Notes: generated by a model not told the origin, from the letters alone. Positions 19,833 to 28,657 are shown, numbered from the stretch's first letter. The stretch is DNA of 30,759 nucleotides from Opitutales bacterium (GCA_046881885.1 JBKSMP010000016.1:1-30759); one strand, 5' to 3'. Program-made: numbers and translations.

Positions 19833-20933
19833 TTACCGCAATTTTAGAGTCATTAAGCCCAATAAAGCGCACAAAAAAGACACAATCCAAAAACGTACAA
19901 TGATCTTCGATTCTGGGATTTTCATGAGCTCAAAATGATGGTGTAAAGGGCTCATTTTGAAGCAACGCTGCTTAAAAAGCTTATAAGAGGTAACTTGCAG
20001 AATGACTGATAAAGCTTCTATAAAAAATACAAAACCTACAATAATCAAGGTAAACGCTTGTTGGGTCATTAAGGCAATACAACCAATCCAACCTCCTAGG
20101 GCTAATGATCCGGTATCTCCCATAAAAATTTCTGCAGGATAAGCATTATACCAAAGAAATCCAACGCTCGCTCCTACGATAGCTAGACAAAGCACAGACA
20201 ATTCTTCTACACCATTTAAGTAAGGTAAGTGCAAGTAATGACTCAAAACAATATGGCCCGTTACATAAGAAAAAATAGCATAAGTAACTGCAACAGTCAG
20301 AGAACAACCAATCGCAAGACCATCAATCCCATCCGTTAAATTAAGGGCATTACTTGTACCTGCAATGACGAAAAACCAGTACAAAAATAAAAGTGATGCC
20401 GGTAAAGATGTAAGCACAGGATGTTTTAGAAAAGTGAGGTATAAGGCATCGATTTTAGTACCTACTCCTGGGGTATTTAACAAAACATACAATACGATAA
20501 ACGTAGCTAAACCTTGAACAAACCACTTCCAATGACTTGCAATCCCTTTGGAATTTTTATATTTAAGTTTTAAAGCATCATCTACAAAACCAATACCGCC
20601 TAATATGAGCCCTACAAACAAAGCTCCATAAGCATAAACATTAATGCGAATCCAAAGTAAGACCGACAAAACAACGGCTCCAATAATAACAATTCCACCC
20701 ATTGTTGGAACTTGCTCCTTGTGCGCATGTAGAGAAGCTAAATCTTTTATGTCTTTTGCATCTCGAACAATATCTTTTATTTTTTTTGCACGCAACCAAG
20801 CAAATACCTTAGGACCTACTCCTAAAATAAAAATTAAAGCCGTCAACAAAGCCATTACGCCACGAAACGTCACGTAATGAAACAATCGAAACGGTCCCCA
20901 AACGTCTTCCAATAAACACAAATAATAGAGCAT
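19833..20933 (-). CDS. mraY: Phospho-N-acetylmuramoyl-pentapeptide transferase
   Basis: Polytopic membrane protein with MraY motifs: PTMGG, GFVDDALKL, NALNLTDGIDGLA, MGDTGSLALGG and SPLHHHFE. Confidence 0.93.
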   Translation of the reverse strand: MLYYLCLLEDVWGPFRLFHYVTFRGVMALLTALIFILGVGPKVFAWLRAKKIKDIVRDAKDIKDLASLHAHKEQVPTMGGIVIIGAVVLSVLLWIRINVYAYGALFVGLILGGIGFVDDALKLKYKNSKGIASHWKWFVQGLATFIVLYVLLNTPGVGTKIDALYLTFLKHPVLTSLPASLLFLYWFFVIAGTSNALNLTDGIDGLAIGCSLTVAVTYAIFSYVTGHIVLSHYLHLPYLNGVEELSVLCLAIVGASVGFLWYNAYPAEIFMGDTGSLALGGWIGCIALMTQQAFTLIIVGFVFFIEALSVILQVTSYKLFKQRCFKMSPLHHHFELMKIPESKIIVRFWIVSFLCALLGLMTLKLR

Positions 20934-21040
20934 ATTTCTATTATGCCACTTTTTGAAAAAAATAAAACTTTATTTTTAGAGAATTTGTCCGATCTACCTT
21001 TATATGTAAATAGACGTTAATTAAATTCGAGTATGTATCA

Positions 21041-21073
21041 AAAAGAGGGAAAAATCTCCCTCTTTTATTTTTT
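21041..21073. terminator. Intrinsic-terminator-like hairpin with flanking A- and T-runs. It lies in a divergent intergenic region, so its role is unassigned.
   Basis: AAAAGAGGGA (21041-21050) pairs perfectly with TCCCTCTTTT (21057-21066), with loop AAAATC. ATTTTTT follows. An A-run upstream makes it symmetric. Confidence 0.5.
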
Positions 21074-21121
21074 CATAAAAATCTCGCTTTTGTAGTAAAA
21101 ATCTGTTTTTTTGAAATTCGT

Positions 21122-21976
21122 ATGAAATTATTACGAGGCGTAAGTTGGTTTTTAGCAAGTTTAGTGATTGGAGTCGGTTTAGATGTTATCCAAAAGCAAT
21201 TAGGGAAAGATTTAACGGGGGAAGAAATCACTTTTTTCCGATTTTTATTAGGGGCTGTAACTTTATTGCCTTTTTTAGTTTGGCAGTGGTGTAAGCAAGG
21301 ATTCTCCTTAACACCTTATTGGAAGATCCACGTATTTAGAGGCCTTTTGTTGTTTGTAGGACTCGTTTTATGGTGTTATGGATTATTGCTAGTACCGATT
21401 AGTACAGCAATTGTTTTGAACTACTCTATTCCATTTTTTACCTTAGTTTTGTCGATTCCTATTTTGAAAGAATCTGTTAATCGCGATCGTTGGCTAACAA
21501 CTATCATTGGATTTATTGGCGTTCTTGTGGTTTTAAATCCACAAGATGTAAGTTTTGATAAACGTTCTTGTATCATTCTTATTTCTTCACTTCTTTTTGC
21601 ATTGCTAGACGTCTTTAACAAGAAGTATGTTTGTAAAGAATCCATGATAAACATGCTGTTTTATACAGCTTTTTTCACGTGTTTATTGAGCGCTTATCCG
21701 GCCATAAAACATTATTCGTTTGCGTTTACAAACAACATAAGCCTTTTAATTACCTTAGGAATTGGAGCTAACCTTATTTTTTATTGTTTATTAAAAGCCT
21801 TTTGCTATATGGACGCATCGGCTTTAGCACCGTTTCGGTATTGTGACTTTTTTGTGTCAGCGTTATTTGGTTTTATTTTCTTTTCAGAAAAACCAACCTT
21901 ATCCACGTGTTTAGGTTTTGCAATTATTGCGCCTTGCACGCTTTATTTAACTTACAAGGAATGTAAAAAAGAATAA
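21122..21976 (+). CDS. EamA/DMT-superfamily transporter (about 10 TM segments), 284 aa
   Basis: Two-fold repeated hydrophobic architecture of about 5+5 helices. Typical EamA features are present (..FFRFLLGAVTLLPF.., ..FGFIFFSEKPT..). The stop is 1 nt before the metK ATG. Confidence 0.8.
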   Translation: MKLLRGVSWFLASLVIGVGLDVIQKQLGKDLTGEEITFFRFLLGAVTLLPFLVWQWCKQGFSLTPYWKIHVFRGLLLFVGLVLWCYGLLLVPISTAIVLNYSIPFFTLVLSIPILKESVNRDRWLTTIIGFIGVLVVLNPQDVSFDKRSCIILISSLLFALLDVFNKKYVCKESMINMLFYTAFFTCLLSAYPAIKHYSFAFTNNISLLITLGIGANLIFYCLLKAFCYMDASALAPFRYCDFFVSALFGFIFFSEKPTLSTCLGFAIIAPCTLYLTYKECKKE

Positions 21977-21977
21977 A

Positions 21978-23123
21978 ATGAAATACGAACACATATCATC
22001 AGAGGCTGTTGGGGAAGGACACCCAGACAAAGTTGCCGACTACATTTCGGATGCCGTTTTAGATGCTTGTCTAGAACAAGATCGAAATGCGCATGTTGCT
22101 TGCGAAACACTTGTAAAATCGAATTGCGTTGTTTTGGCAGGGGAAATTTCTACCACTGCTCAACTCAATTATGAAGCAATCGTTCGCAAAGCGATTCGCG
22201 ATATTGGATACACTGATCCTAAAGAAGATTTTAACGCAGATTCGGTATTTGTTATTAATTTATTAACAGCACAATCGAGTGAAATCAATGATGCTGTTTC
22301 CAAAAGCGCCAAGGAGATTGGAGCAGGAGATCAAGGGTTTTTCTTCGGATATGCCTGTGATGAAACACCGGAATATTTGCCAGCTTCCTACATGCTAGCT
22401 CAACGTTTATGTCATCAATTGGCTAAAGCTAGAAAAGAAAATCAAGTTTCTTGGTTACGACCTGATTGTAAGGCACTCGTTACGATGCTTTACGAAGATA
22501 ACCGTCCTGTTGAAATTGAAAACATTGTTTTAGCGACTCAACATAGTACAAGCGTTAGCCAAGAAAAAATCAAATCTTATTGTCGTGAGCAATTGATTCC
22601 TGAGGTTGTTCCCGGTGAATGGCTTTCGGACAAAACCGCTTATTATATCAATTCTAGTGGAAGTTTTATTCATGGAGGGCCGTCTGCAGATTCTGGATTA
22701 ACAGGCCGCAAAATTATTGTGGATACTTATGGTGGTTGGGCACATCATGGTGGCGGTGCTTTTTCAGGTAAAGATCCCTCTAAAGTAGATCGTTCAGGAG
22801 CTTATTTTTGTCGATGGGTTGCGAAAAATATCGTTGCAGCAGAATTGGCGAGTCGTGTAGAGGTACGCCTTGCTTATACCATTGGAGGAACCAAACCCAT
22901 TCATTACGATTTGACCACTTACGGAACAGAAAAATGTGACATTGAGGTCCTTCATAAAGCGGTTTCGCAAGTTTTTGATGCACGTCCTTTTTCAATTCTT
23001 GAAGCCTTAGATTTAAAACGTCCTATTTATCGGCAAACAACGCAATTTGGCCATTTTACAAAAGCTTTTTTGCCATGGGAACAAACGAATCGTGTTCAAG
23101 AATTATTAAGTTTGTGCAAATAA
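21978..23123 (+). CDS. metK: S-adenosylmethionine synthetase
   Basis: SEAVGEGHPDKVADYISDAVLD, GAGDQGFFFGYA, DSGLTGRKIIVDTYGGWAHHGGGAFSGKDPSKVDRSGAY. These are the canonical MetK signature blocks. Confidence 0.96.
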   Translation: MKYEHISSEAVGEGHPDKVADYISDAVLDACLEQDRNAHVACETLVKSNCVVLAGEISTTAQLNYEAIVRKAIRDIGYTDPKEDFNADSVFVINLLTAQSSEINDAVSKSAKEIGAGDQGFFFGYACDETPEYLPASYMLAQRLCHQLAKARKENQVSWLRPDCKALVTMLYEDNRPVEIENIVLATQHSTSVSQEKIKSYCREQLIPEVVPGEWLSDKTAYYINSSGSFIHGGPSADSGLTGRKIIVDTYGGWAHHGGGAFSGKDPSKVDRSGAYFCRWVAKNIVAAELASRVEVRLAYTIGGTKPIHYDLTTYGTEKCDIEVLHKAVSQVFDARPFSILEALDLKRPIYRQTTQFGHFTKAFLPWEQTNRVQELLSLCK

Positions 23124-23134
23124 AGTACGCCTAC

Positions 23135-23170
23135 TATCATCTCTCTGCTTTAAAAGGCAGTGAGGTGATA
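23135..23170 (+). terminator. Stem-loop just downstream of metK (possible terminator, no U-tract)
   Basis: TATCATCTCTCTGC (23135-23148) pairs with GCAGTGAGGTGATA (23157-23170). Of 14 positions, 13 pair, including one G-U. The loop is TTTAAAAG. No T-run follows, so its function is uncertain. Confidence 0.35.
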
Positions 23171-23260
23171 AGATGTAATAAAAATAAAGGCATACCGACT
23201 TAAAAAAATATTTTTTTAGCTTGTCTTGTAGAAATTTTTTCTGATTGGATTAATAAGATC

Positions 23261-24505
23261 ATGAATCGAGACAATCGGCAAGCCTACCTTAATTGGTTTT
23301 TACTTTCATTATTTTATGCCTATCAATACTTATTGAGAGTCTATCCTAGCACATTTACAGATAACATTCGAACTACTTTTAGCTGTTCTGCTAATGAATT
23401 TGCGACCTTAAGTACTTATTGCATTTTCATCTATAGTTGTATGCAAATTCCTTTTGGAATTTTATTAGATCGAGTAGAGGTTCGTAAACTTATACTAATC
23501 GCGTTTGGGTTATGTTTAATAGGGCAATTCCTTTTTACGCATACAAGCTCAATAGCATGTGCACAATGGGGCCGTATCTTGATTGGAATTGGTGCTGCTC
23601 CTGCTTTTATGAGTACCGTTAAAATGGTTTCCGATACGTTTTCCGACAAACTTTGCGGTATTTTTATTGGCATTACCTGTACCTTAGGAACAGTAATTAT
23701 TATTTTGGGCAATAGTTTGTTAAAATACATTTGCTCCTTAACAAGTGACTGGCAAAAAGCCTTATGGTGCTTAAATGGTGTGGGGGTTATTTTATTTATT
23801 ATTTGTTATTTTGCCTTGCCAAAGTCTCAAATCGTTACAACAAAAACTTCTGAAAATAATTTTTGGAAGACCTTTTGGTCGGTTGTTACAAACTATCGAA
23901 TTTTCCTTTATGCATTACTAACCATTGGTACATGTGCAGTTGTAACAACATTGTCGGATTTGTGGAGTAATACTTTATTAATCGCAAAGTATCATTTAAG
24001 CGATATACAAGCTGTTTTTTATAGTCAATTCATATTTGCAGGTTTTTTAATTGGTGCTTTGGCTATACCGATGCTTTTCAATGGAAAACGTAGCTTAAGA
24101 GGGGTTCGCGTCTGTTGTATTGTTTTAATTTGTTTATTTGCTACCATCATTTATGGCCCAAGTCAATTGCCGTCGTTTGTTTTACAAACTATACTATTTG
24201 CGCTTGGCTTCTTTGCGTGTGCAGATATTTTATGTTTTGCCTTAGCAGCACAATTATCAACTCCACAAACGTCCGGTTTTATCGTTGGCTGGGTCAATAC
24301 CGTTAACATGTTAGGTCTTACACTTTTGCAATATTTAGTTGCACATTCCTTGGATAAATACTGGTCGGGAGCTGTTAATGCCAATGGCTTACGATTATAT
24401 GAAGCAAGAGATTATGAGCTTGCATTAGGTGTATTATTAAATACAGTTATTCTAGCATTATGCATTGCATGTTTCATGAGAAGTCGTAATATTAAGGTAA
24501 AATGA
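23261..24505 (+). CDS. MFS-type transporter (about 12 TM segments), 414 aa, substrate unknown
   Basis: Twelve hydrophobic stretches in a 6+6 layout. An MFS-like loop 2-3 pattern is present (GILLDRVEVRK). The stop overlaps the tyrS start (ATGA). Confidence 0.78.
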   Translation: MNRDNRQAYLNWFLLSLFYAYQYLLRVYPSTFTDNIRTTFSCSANEFATLSTYCIFIYSCMQIPFGILLDRVEVRKLILIAFGLCLIGQFLFTHTSSIACAQWGRILIGIGAAPAFMSTVKMVSDTFSDKLCGIFIGITCTLGTVIIILGNSLLKYICSLTSDWQKALWCLNGVGVILFIICYFALPKSQIVTTKTSENNFWKTFWSVVTNYRIFLYALLTIGTCAVVTTLSDLWSNTLLIAKYHLSDIQAVFYSQFIFAGFLIGALAIPMLFNGKRSLRGVRVCCIVLICLFATIIYGPSQLPSFVLQTILFALGFFACADILCFALAAQLSTPQTSGFIVGWVNTVNMLGLTLLQYLVAHSLDKYWSGAVNANGLRLYEARDYELALGVLLNTVILALCIACFMRSRNIKVK

Positions 24506-25683
24506 TGGATGTAGAAAAACAGTGGAGCAAAATCATTCAAAATGTTGAAAAACATGTTGGAGATGCGGTTCTTAAGGAAAAGTTAACGCAAAAAAAGCAG
24601 CTGCGTATTAAGTTGGGCGTAGATCCTACACGTCCAGATTTAACATTTGGTCATTGGGTTGTATTTAATAAATTACGCCAATTTCAAGACTTGGGGCATA
24701 AAGTTATCTTTTTAATCGGTGATTATACGACGCAAATTGGGGATCCTAGCGGACGTTCTTCAACCCGTCCTGTTTTAACGCCTGAGCAAATTGAACAAAA
24801 TGCTAGTACGTATTTAGAACAAGCTTTTAAAGTTCTTGATCCAGAAAAAACCGAAACACGTCGTAATAGCGAATGGTTCGGAAAGATGAGCTTTGGCGAT
24901 TTGCTTAGTTTGACACGTCATTTAACGGTTGCTCAATTGTTAGAACGCGATGACTTTACCAAGCGTTATACAGAAAAAACTCCTATCGCTTTGATTGAAT
25001 TCTTATATCCCGTTTTGCAAGCTTATGATTCAGTCGTTTTGCAAGCCGATGTTGAATTGGGTGGAACTGATCAGCTCTTTAATATGTGTCTAGGTCGTCA
25101 ATTCCAAAAAATCTTTGACCAAACTGAACAAGCAGTTTTGTGTATGCCTTTGTTGGTTGGACTCGATGGTGCCAAAAAGATGTCCAAAAGCTTCGGAAAT
25201 TACATTGCCTTCAATGACACCTCTAAAGATATGTTTGGGAAAATAATGTCCATTCCAGATGCATCTATGTGGGAATATTTCCGCTTATTGCTGCTTGAAA
25301 CTTCCGAAGAAATTGAAGCTCGTAAGTTGCAGCATCCAATGGATATGAAAAAGTTTTTAGCGCGTCAGCTTGTGGGACATTTCTTTGGGGAGGAAGTAGC
25401 TTTAGAGGAACAAAAAACATTTGAGACGATTTTTTCTCAAAAGAAAATTCCAGATTCGATGCCAGAATTTGATCGTTCGCAATTGACGGATTGCAAAAAC
25501 CTTGTGGATGTAATTGTTGCAACACAGTTATTTAAGAGCAGTAAAAAAGAACTAAAACGCTTGATTGAACAAGGCGGTGTAGAAGTTAATGAACAACGTA
25601 TAAACGACATCAATGCAGGATTGCCGGAAGGTGAAACAATCGTAAGAGTAGGGAAAAAGTTGTTCTTTAAAATCCATGCTTAA
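24502..25683 (+). CDS. tyrS: Tyrosine--tRNA ligase
   Basis: Class I HIGH-equivalent (DLTFGHWV) and KMSKS (AKKMSKSFGN) motifs. GGTDQ block. C-terminal S4-like domain (SKKELKRLIEQGGVEVNEQRI). Confidence 0.92.
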   Translation: MMDVEKQWSKIIQNVEKHVGDAVLKEKLTQKKQLRIKLGVDPTRPDLTFGHWVVFNKLRQFQDLGHKVIFLIGDYTTQIGDPSGRSSTRPVLTPEQIEQNASTYLEQAFKVLDPEKTETRRNSEWFGKMSFGDLLSLTRHLTVAQLLERDDFTKRYTEKTPIALIEFLYPVLQAYDSVVLQADVELGGTDQLFNMCLGRQFQKIFDQTEQAVLCMPLLVGLDGAKKMSKSFGNYIAFNDTSKDMFGKIMSIPDASMWEYFRLLLLETSEEIEARKLQHPMDMKKFLARQLVGHFFGEEVALEEQKTFETIFSQKKIPDSMPEFDRSQLTDCKNLVDVIVATQLFKSSKKELKRLIEQGGVEVNEQRINDINAGLPEGETIVRVGKKLFFKIHA

Positions 25684-26398
25684 TATCCATTTCCAAGCGC
25701 TTTGCGAACATCAAGCGGCCCAAGCAGGTACGCTTTATGTAGTCGCAACGCCTTTGGGGAATTTAGCAGATTTAACCTTACGAGCCATTCGTATTTTGGA
25801 GACTTGCGATTGTATCGCTTGTGAAACTCCGAGTTGTACACAACGCTTGTTGTCGGCCTTTGGCATTCATAATAAAAAATTGTTTGTCTATCGCGATGCA
25901 GGTGAAGAAAAAAGCGCACACCATCTTCTAGAAGGTTTAAAAAGTGGCTTATCGGTTGCGCTCGTAAGTGATGCAGGTACGCCAACAATCAGTGATCCAG
26001 GTTATCGCCTCATAAAACTTTGCCGCGAACAAGCAGTACCGATTGTTCCCATTCCAGGTCCAAGTGCCGTTATTACGGCCTTAAGTGTTTCTGGTTTTCC
26101 AAGTAATTCTTTTTGTTTTCTTGGGTTTTTGCCCTTAAAACCAGGTCCTAGAAAAAAAATTATCGAAGCTTATAAAACCTTTGAAGGTACTTGGATTCTT
26201 TACGAATCTCCTTACCGTATTCATAAACTCGTAGCGCAATTAAAGGAATGGCTTGAACCTGAACGACATATTATGATTGCACGCGAATTAACAAAGCTAA
26301 ACGAATCTTTCTATCGTGGTCCTTTAGCGACATTTAATGAAAAATCGTTTCCTGAAAAAGGAGAATTTGTTATCTTGGTAGCTCCCTATAAAATTTAA
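25676..26398 (+). CDS. rsmI: 16S rRNA (cytidine1402-2'-O)-methyltransferase RsmI
   Basis: GTLYVVATPLGNLADLTLRAIRIL...CEDT-like CETP...VSDAGTPTISDPGYRL...IPGPSA. This is the tetrapyrrole-methylase-fold RsmI signature. The start overlaps the tyrS end by 8 nt. Confidence 0.9.
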   Translation: MLNIHFQALCEHQAAQAGTLYVVATPLGNLADLTLRAIRILETCDCIACETPSCTQRLLSAFGIHNKKLFVYRDAGEEKSAHHLLEGLKSGLSVALVSDAGTPTISDPGYRLIKLCREQAVPIVPIPGPSAVITALSVSGFPSNSFCFLGFLPLKPGPRKKIIEAYKTFEGTWILYESPYRIHKLVAQLKEWLEPERHIMIARELTKLNESFYRGPLATFNEKSFPEKGEFVILVAPYKI

Positions 26399-26405
26399 TA
26401 ATAAA

Positions 26406-26431
26406 GAGAGAAAATCCTAAAATTTTCTCTC
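26406..26431. terminator. Bidirectional terminator-like hairpin between convergent rsmI and the lipoprotein gene
   Basis: GAGAGAAAAT (26406-26415) pairs perfectly with ATTTTCTCTC (26422-26431), with loop CCTAAA. It sits in the 57-nt gap between two stop codons. Confidence 0.6.
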
Positions 26432-26455
26432 ATGAAGACTTTTATGAACAAATAA

Positions 26456-27397
26456 TTATTCTTCAGAATCAACATCATCTTCATCGCCTTGAACAACTAT
26501 CGGCAATTCGACTTCGTTGAAACCTTTTGCAGAAATATACAAATGACCTTCGCCAGCGTCACCACCTTCTATTTCAACAGATACTGAGTTTTCTCCTTCG
26601 GGAATGATAACTTCTGGCATAATAACACTATTAGGAATGTCGGTAGTAACATTTACGTACAAACCACCAGGACCTGCCTTTATAGATGAGAAAATCGTAA
26701 CTTCTTCCTTATCGCCGGTGCTGAGCTCAATACCATCTGTGTCTACTGACAACAAACCTTGATCGATAAGCAAATTTCCAATAAAATTCTTTTCTCCATT
26801 AGAAATGAAGTAAACAGGATAAAACTTTCCGGCTTCAACATTAGGGACTTGGAAGGAAAGTACATTTTCCGAAATAAAATGGGTAACCGCATTATATTCA
26901 CCTACTTGAACAAGGTCGCCTGCAGTAAATCCCTGTCCTAACACTTTTACTTCTGCACTTATGGGAGCACGTTCACCTCCTAAACAAGAACAGAAATGCT
27001 CTTTAATTTTAAATTTAGCAAGCGGGGTCTTATCACAACGTTCAACACGATTACCACGATTATTGGTAGTATAACAAGCCTCAAAGAAATATTTTGCGTC
27101 TGTACGTGTCGAATCTAAGAAATAATCATAATAATAGAACGACGGTGTCAATTCATAAGGTTTTAAAGGGAACTTTTCTCCATCAATGACTAACGAAAGT
27201 TTCAATGTTTCCGGAATGATTTTATTCATTCGAATATTACATTGTGTTGTAAAGCGATACAAATTAGAAGGATTGCGCTGAGCATCATCGGGTGTAACAT
27301 TCGTTAATGTTTTCGAACAACCTGCAAGGCTCAAAATAAGTAAAGTTTTACTGCTGAACGAAAAAATACTTTTTAACATTGGCGAATCGACTTTCAT
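26456..27397 (-). CDS. Predicted lipoprotein with an IPT/TIG-like beta domain and an acidic C-terminal tail, 313 aa
   Basis: The signal peptide ends in the lipobox LSLAG|C. An alternative start is Met7 at 27379. The segment VKVLGQGFTAGDLVQVGEYNAVTHFISENVLSFQVPNVEAGKFYPVYF resembles IPT/TIG Ig-like folds, which is my inference. The tail is GDEDDVDSEE. Confidence 0.7.
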   Translation of the reverse strand: MKVDSPMLKSIFSFSSKTLLILSLAGCSKTLTNVTPDDAQRNPSNLYRFTTQCNIRMNKIIPETLKLSLVIDGEKFPLKPYELTPSFYYYDYFLDSTRTDAKYFFEACYTTNNRGNRVERCDKTPLAKFKIKEHFCSCLGGERAPISAEVKVLGQGFTAGDLVQVGEYNAVTHFISENVLSFQVPNVEAGKFYPVYFISNGEKNFIGNLLIDQGLLSVDTDGIELSTGDKEEVTIFSSIKAGPGGLYVNVTTDIPNSVIMPEVIIPEGENSVSVEIEGGDAGEGHLYISAKGFNEVELPIVVQGDEDDVDSEE

Positions 27398-27421
27398 GCT
27401 ATATATAATTTACAATTTTTT

Positions 27422-28534
27422 ATGAATTTACAAGCTTTATCTTTAGGTCTTTACGTTCACGTACCTTTTTGTGCAAATCAATGCGCTTATTGTCATTTTT
27501 TTAAAGTACAACCTACAGATGCAAGTATAAAAGCTTATTTTAGGCAAGTAGAACGAGAATTTCGGATGTGGCAAGAGCGTTTGCAAGACCGCACTATCGA
27601 TACTATTTTTTGGGGAGGGGGTAGTCCAAGCTGCTTATCGGTAGCGCAAATAGAACATTTAGGACATTTATGTCAATCTCTTGCTATGCAGCCTAAAGAG
27701 TGGACAGTAGAGGTCTCACCGGTTACGATAACATTCGACAAACTTCAATATTTAAAACAACTTGGAGTGACTCGTATTTCCATGGGAGTACAAAGTCTTA
27801 ATCCAGATATTTTAAAGCAATTAGGACGCAAGCAAACACGCAAACAGATTTTTGCAGCTTATGAAGCGATACGAAAAGCTGGCTTTTATAATGTCAATTT
27901 AGACCTTATTTTTCCGCCAGATTTTTCCGATTTTAAACTCTGGCAAAAAGATTTAGAAGAGATTGTAAATTTAAATCCAGAACACATTTCAACGTATTGC
28001 CTAACTTATGAAAGCGAAACAGGGCCCTTTGTGCCGGAAGCCCATCAGTCGGTAGATAGTAATCGAGAAGCTGATTTTTACAAATTTACATGGAGTTTTT
28101 TACCGCAATTTGGTTATCAACATTACGAAGTTTCTAATTTTGCAAAACCCGGTTTTGAATGCAAACACAACGTAAATACTTGGCGTATGCAAGAATGGAT
28201 AGGGATAGGTCCCAGTGCTGCTTCGCAATTCCAACAACAACGCTTCCAAAATCACTTTAAAATCGATCCTGAAGGCACTCAAACATTTGCTTCTTTAGAA
28301 ACATTGGACGAACTTACGCTATGTAAAGATTGTCTCATTTTTGGCCTAAGAATGTGTGAAGGTATTGACTTACAACAACTACAAAAACGTTTCCCATCTA
28401 CCGATTTGTCTCAATTCGAACCTTTATGGCAACACTTCCAGCAACAAGGCTGGATTGAGTGTCAAAATTCCATACTGCACTGTACTCCAAAAGGTTTGCT
28501 GCTAGCCGATAGCCTTGCGTTGGAAATTTTATAA
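27422..28534 (+). CDS. hemW: Radical-SAM HemN-like protein (heme chaperone HemW family)
   Basis: LYVHVPFCANQCAYCHF (CxxxCxxC). GGGSPS. RISMGVQS. The length of about 370 aa is typical for HemW rather than the longer HemN. Confidence 0.85.
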   Translation: MNLQALSLGLYVHVPFCANQCAYCHFFKVQPTDASIKAYFRQVEREFRMWQERLQDRTIDTIFWGGGSPSCLSVAQIEHLGHLCQSLAMQPKEWTVEVSPVTITFDKLQYLKQLGVTRISMGVQSLNPDILKQLGRKQTRKQIFAAYEAIRKAGFYNVNLDLIFPPDFSDFKLWQKDLEEIVNLNPEHISTYCLTYESETGPFVPEAHQSVDSNREADFYKFTWSFLPQFGYQHYEVSNFAKPGFECKHNVNTWRMQEWIGIGPSAASQFQQQRFQNHFKIDPEGTQTFASLETLDELTLCKDCLIFGLRMCEGIDLQQLQKRFPSTDLSQFEPLWQHFQQQGWIECQNSILHCTPKGLLLADSLALEIL

Positions 28535-28549
28535 AAAACACTTTATAAT
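28520..28549 (+). promoter_or_regulatory. Candidate sigma70-type promoter for the 28658 gene: TTGGAA, 18-nt spacer, TATAAT
   Basis: Perfect TATAAT at 28544-28549. TTGGAA at 28520-25 overlaps the hemW 3' end. This would give a 5' UTR of about 100 nt ending in AAGGAGG (28646-28652). Confidence 0.35.
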
Positions 28550-28657
28550 AGCTTTTAATCTTTACAAGAATCGCCTAAAGCTGCTACAAAGTAAAAAGGA
28601 TGGCTAAAAGCCACGGACACTGCAAATAAAACAAGAAGACATACACAAGGAGGACAA

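Noticed and set aside
20934-21121. SAM riboswitch upstream of eamA-metK
   Set aside because: I looked for the SAM-I four-way junction core and for SAM-II or SAM/SAH pseudoknot-like patterns and recognised none. Only a simple hairpin is present. A covariance-model scan is needed to be sure.
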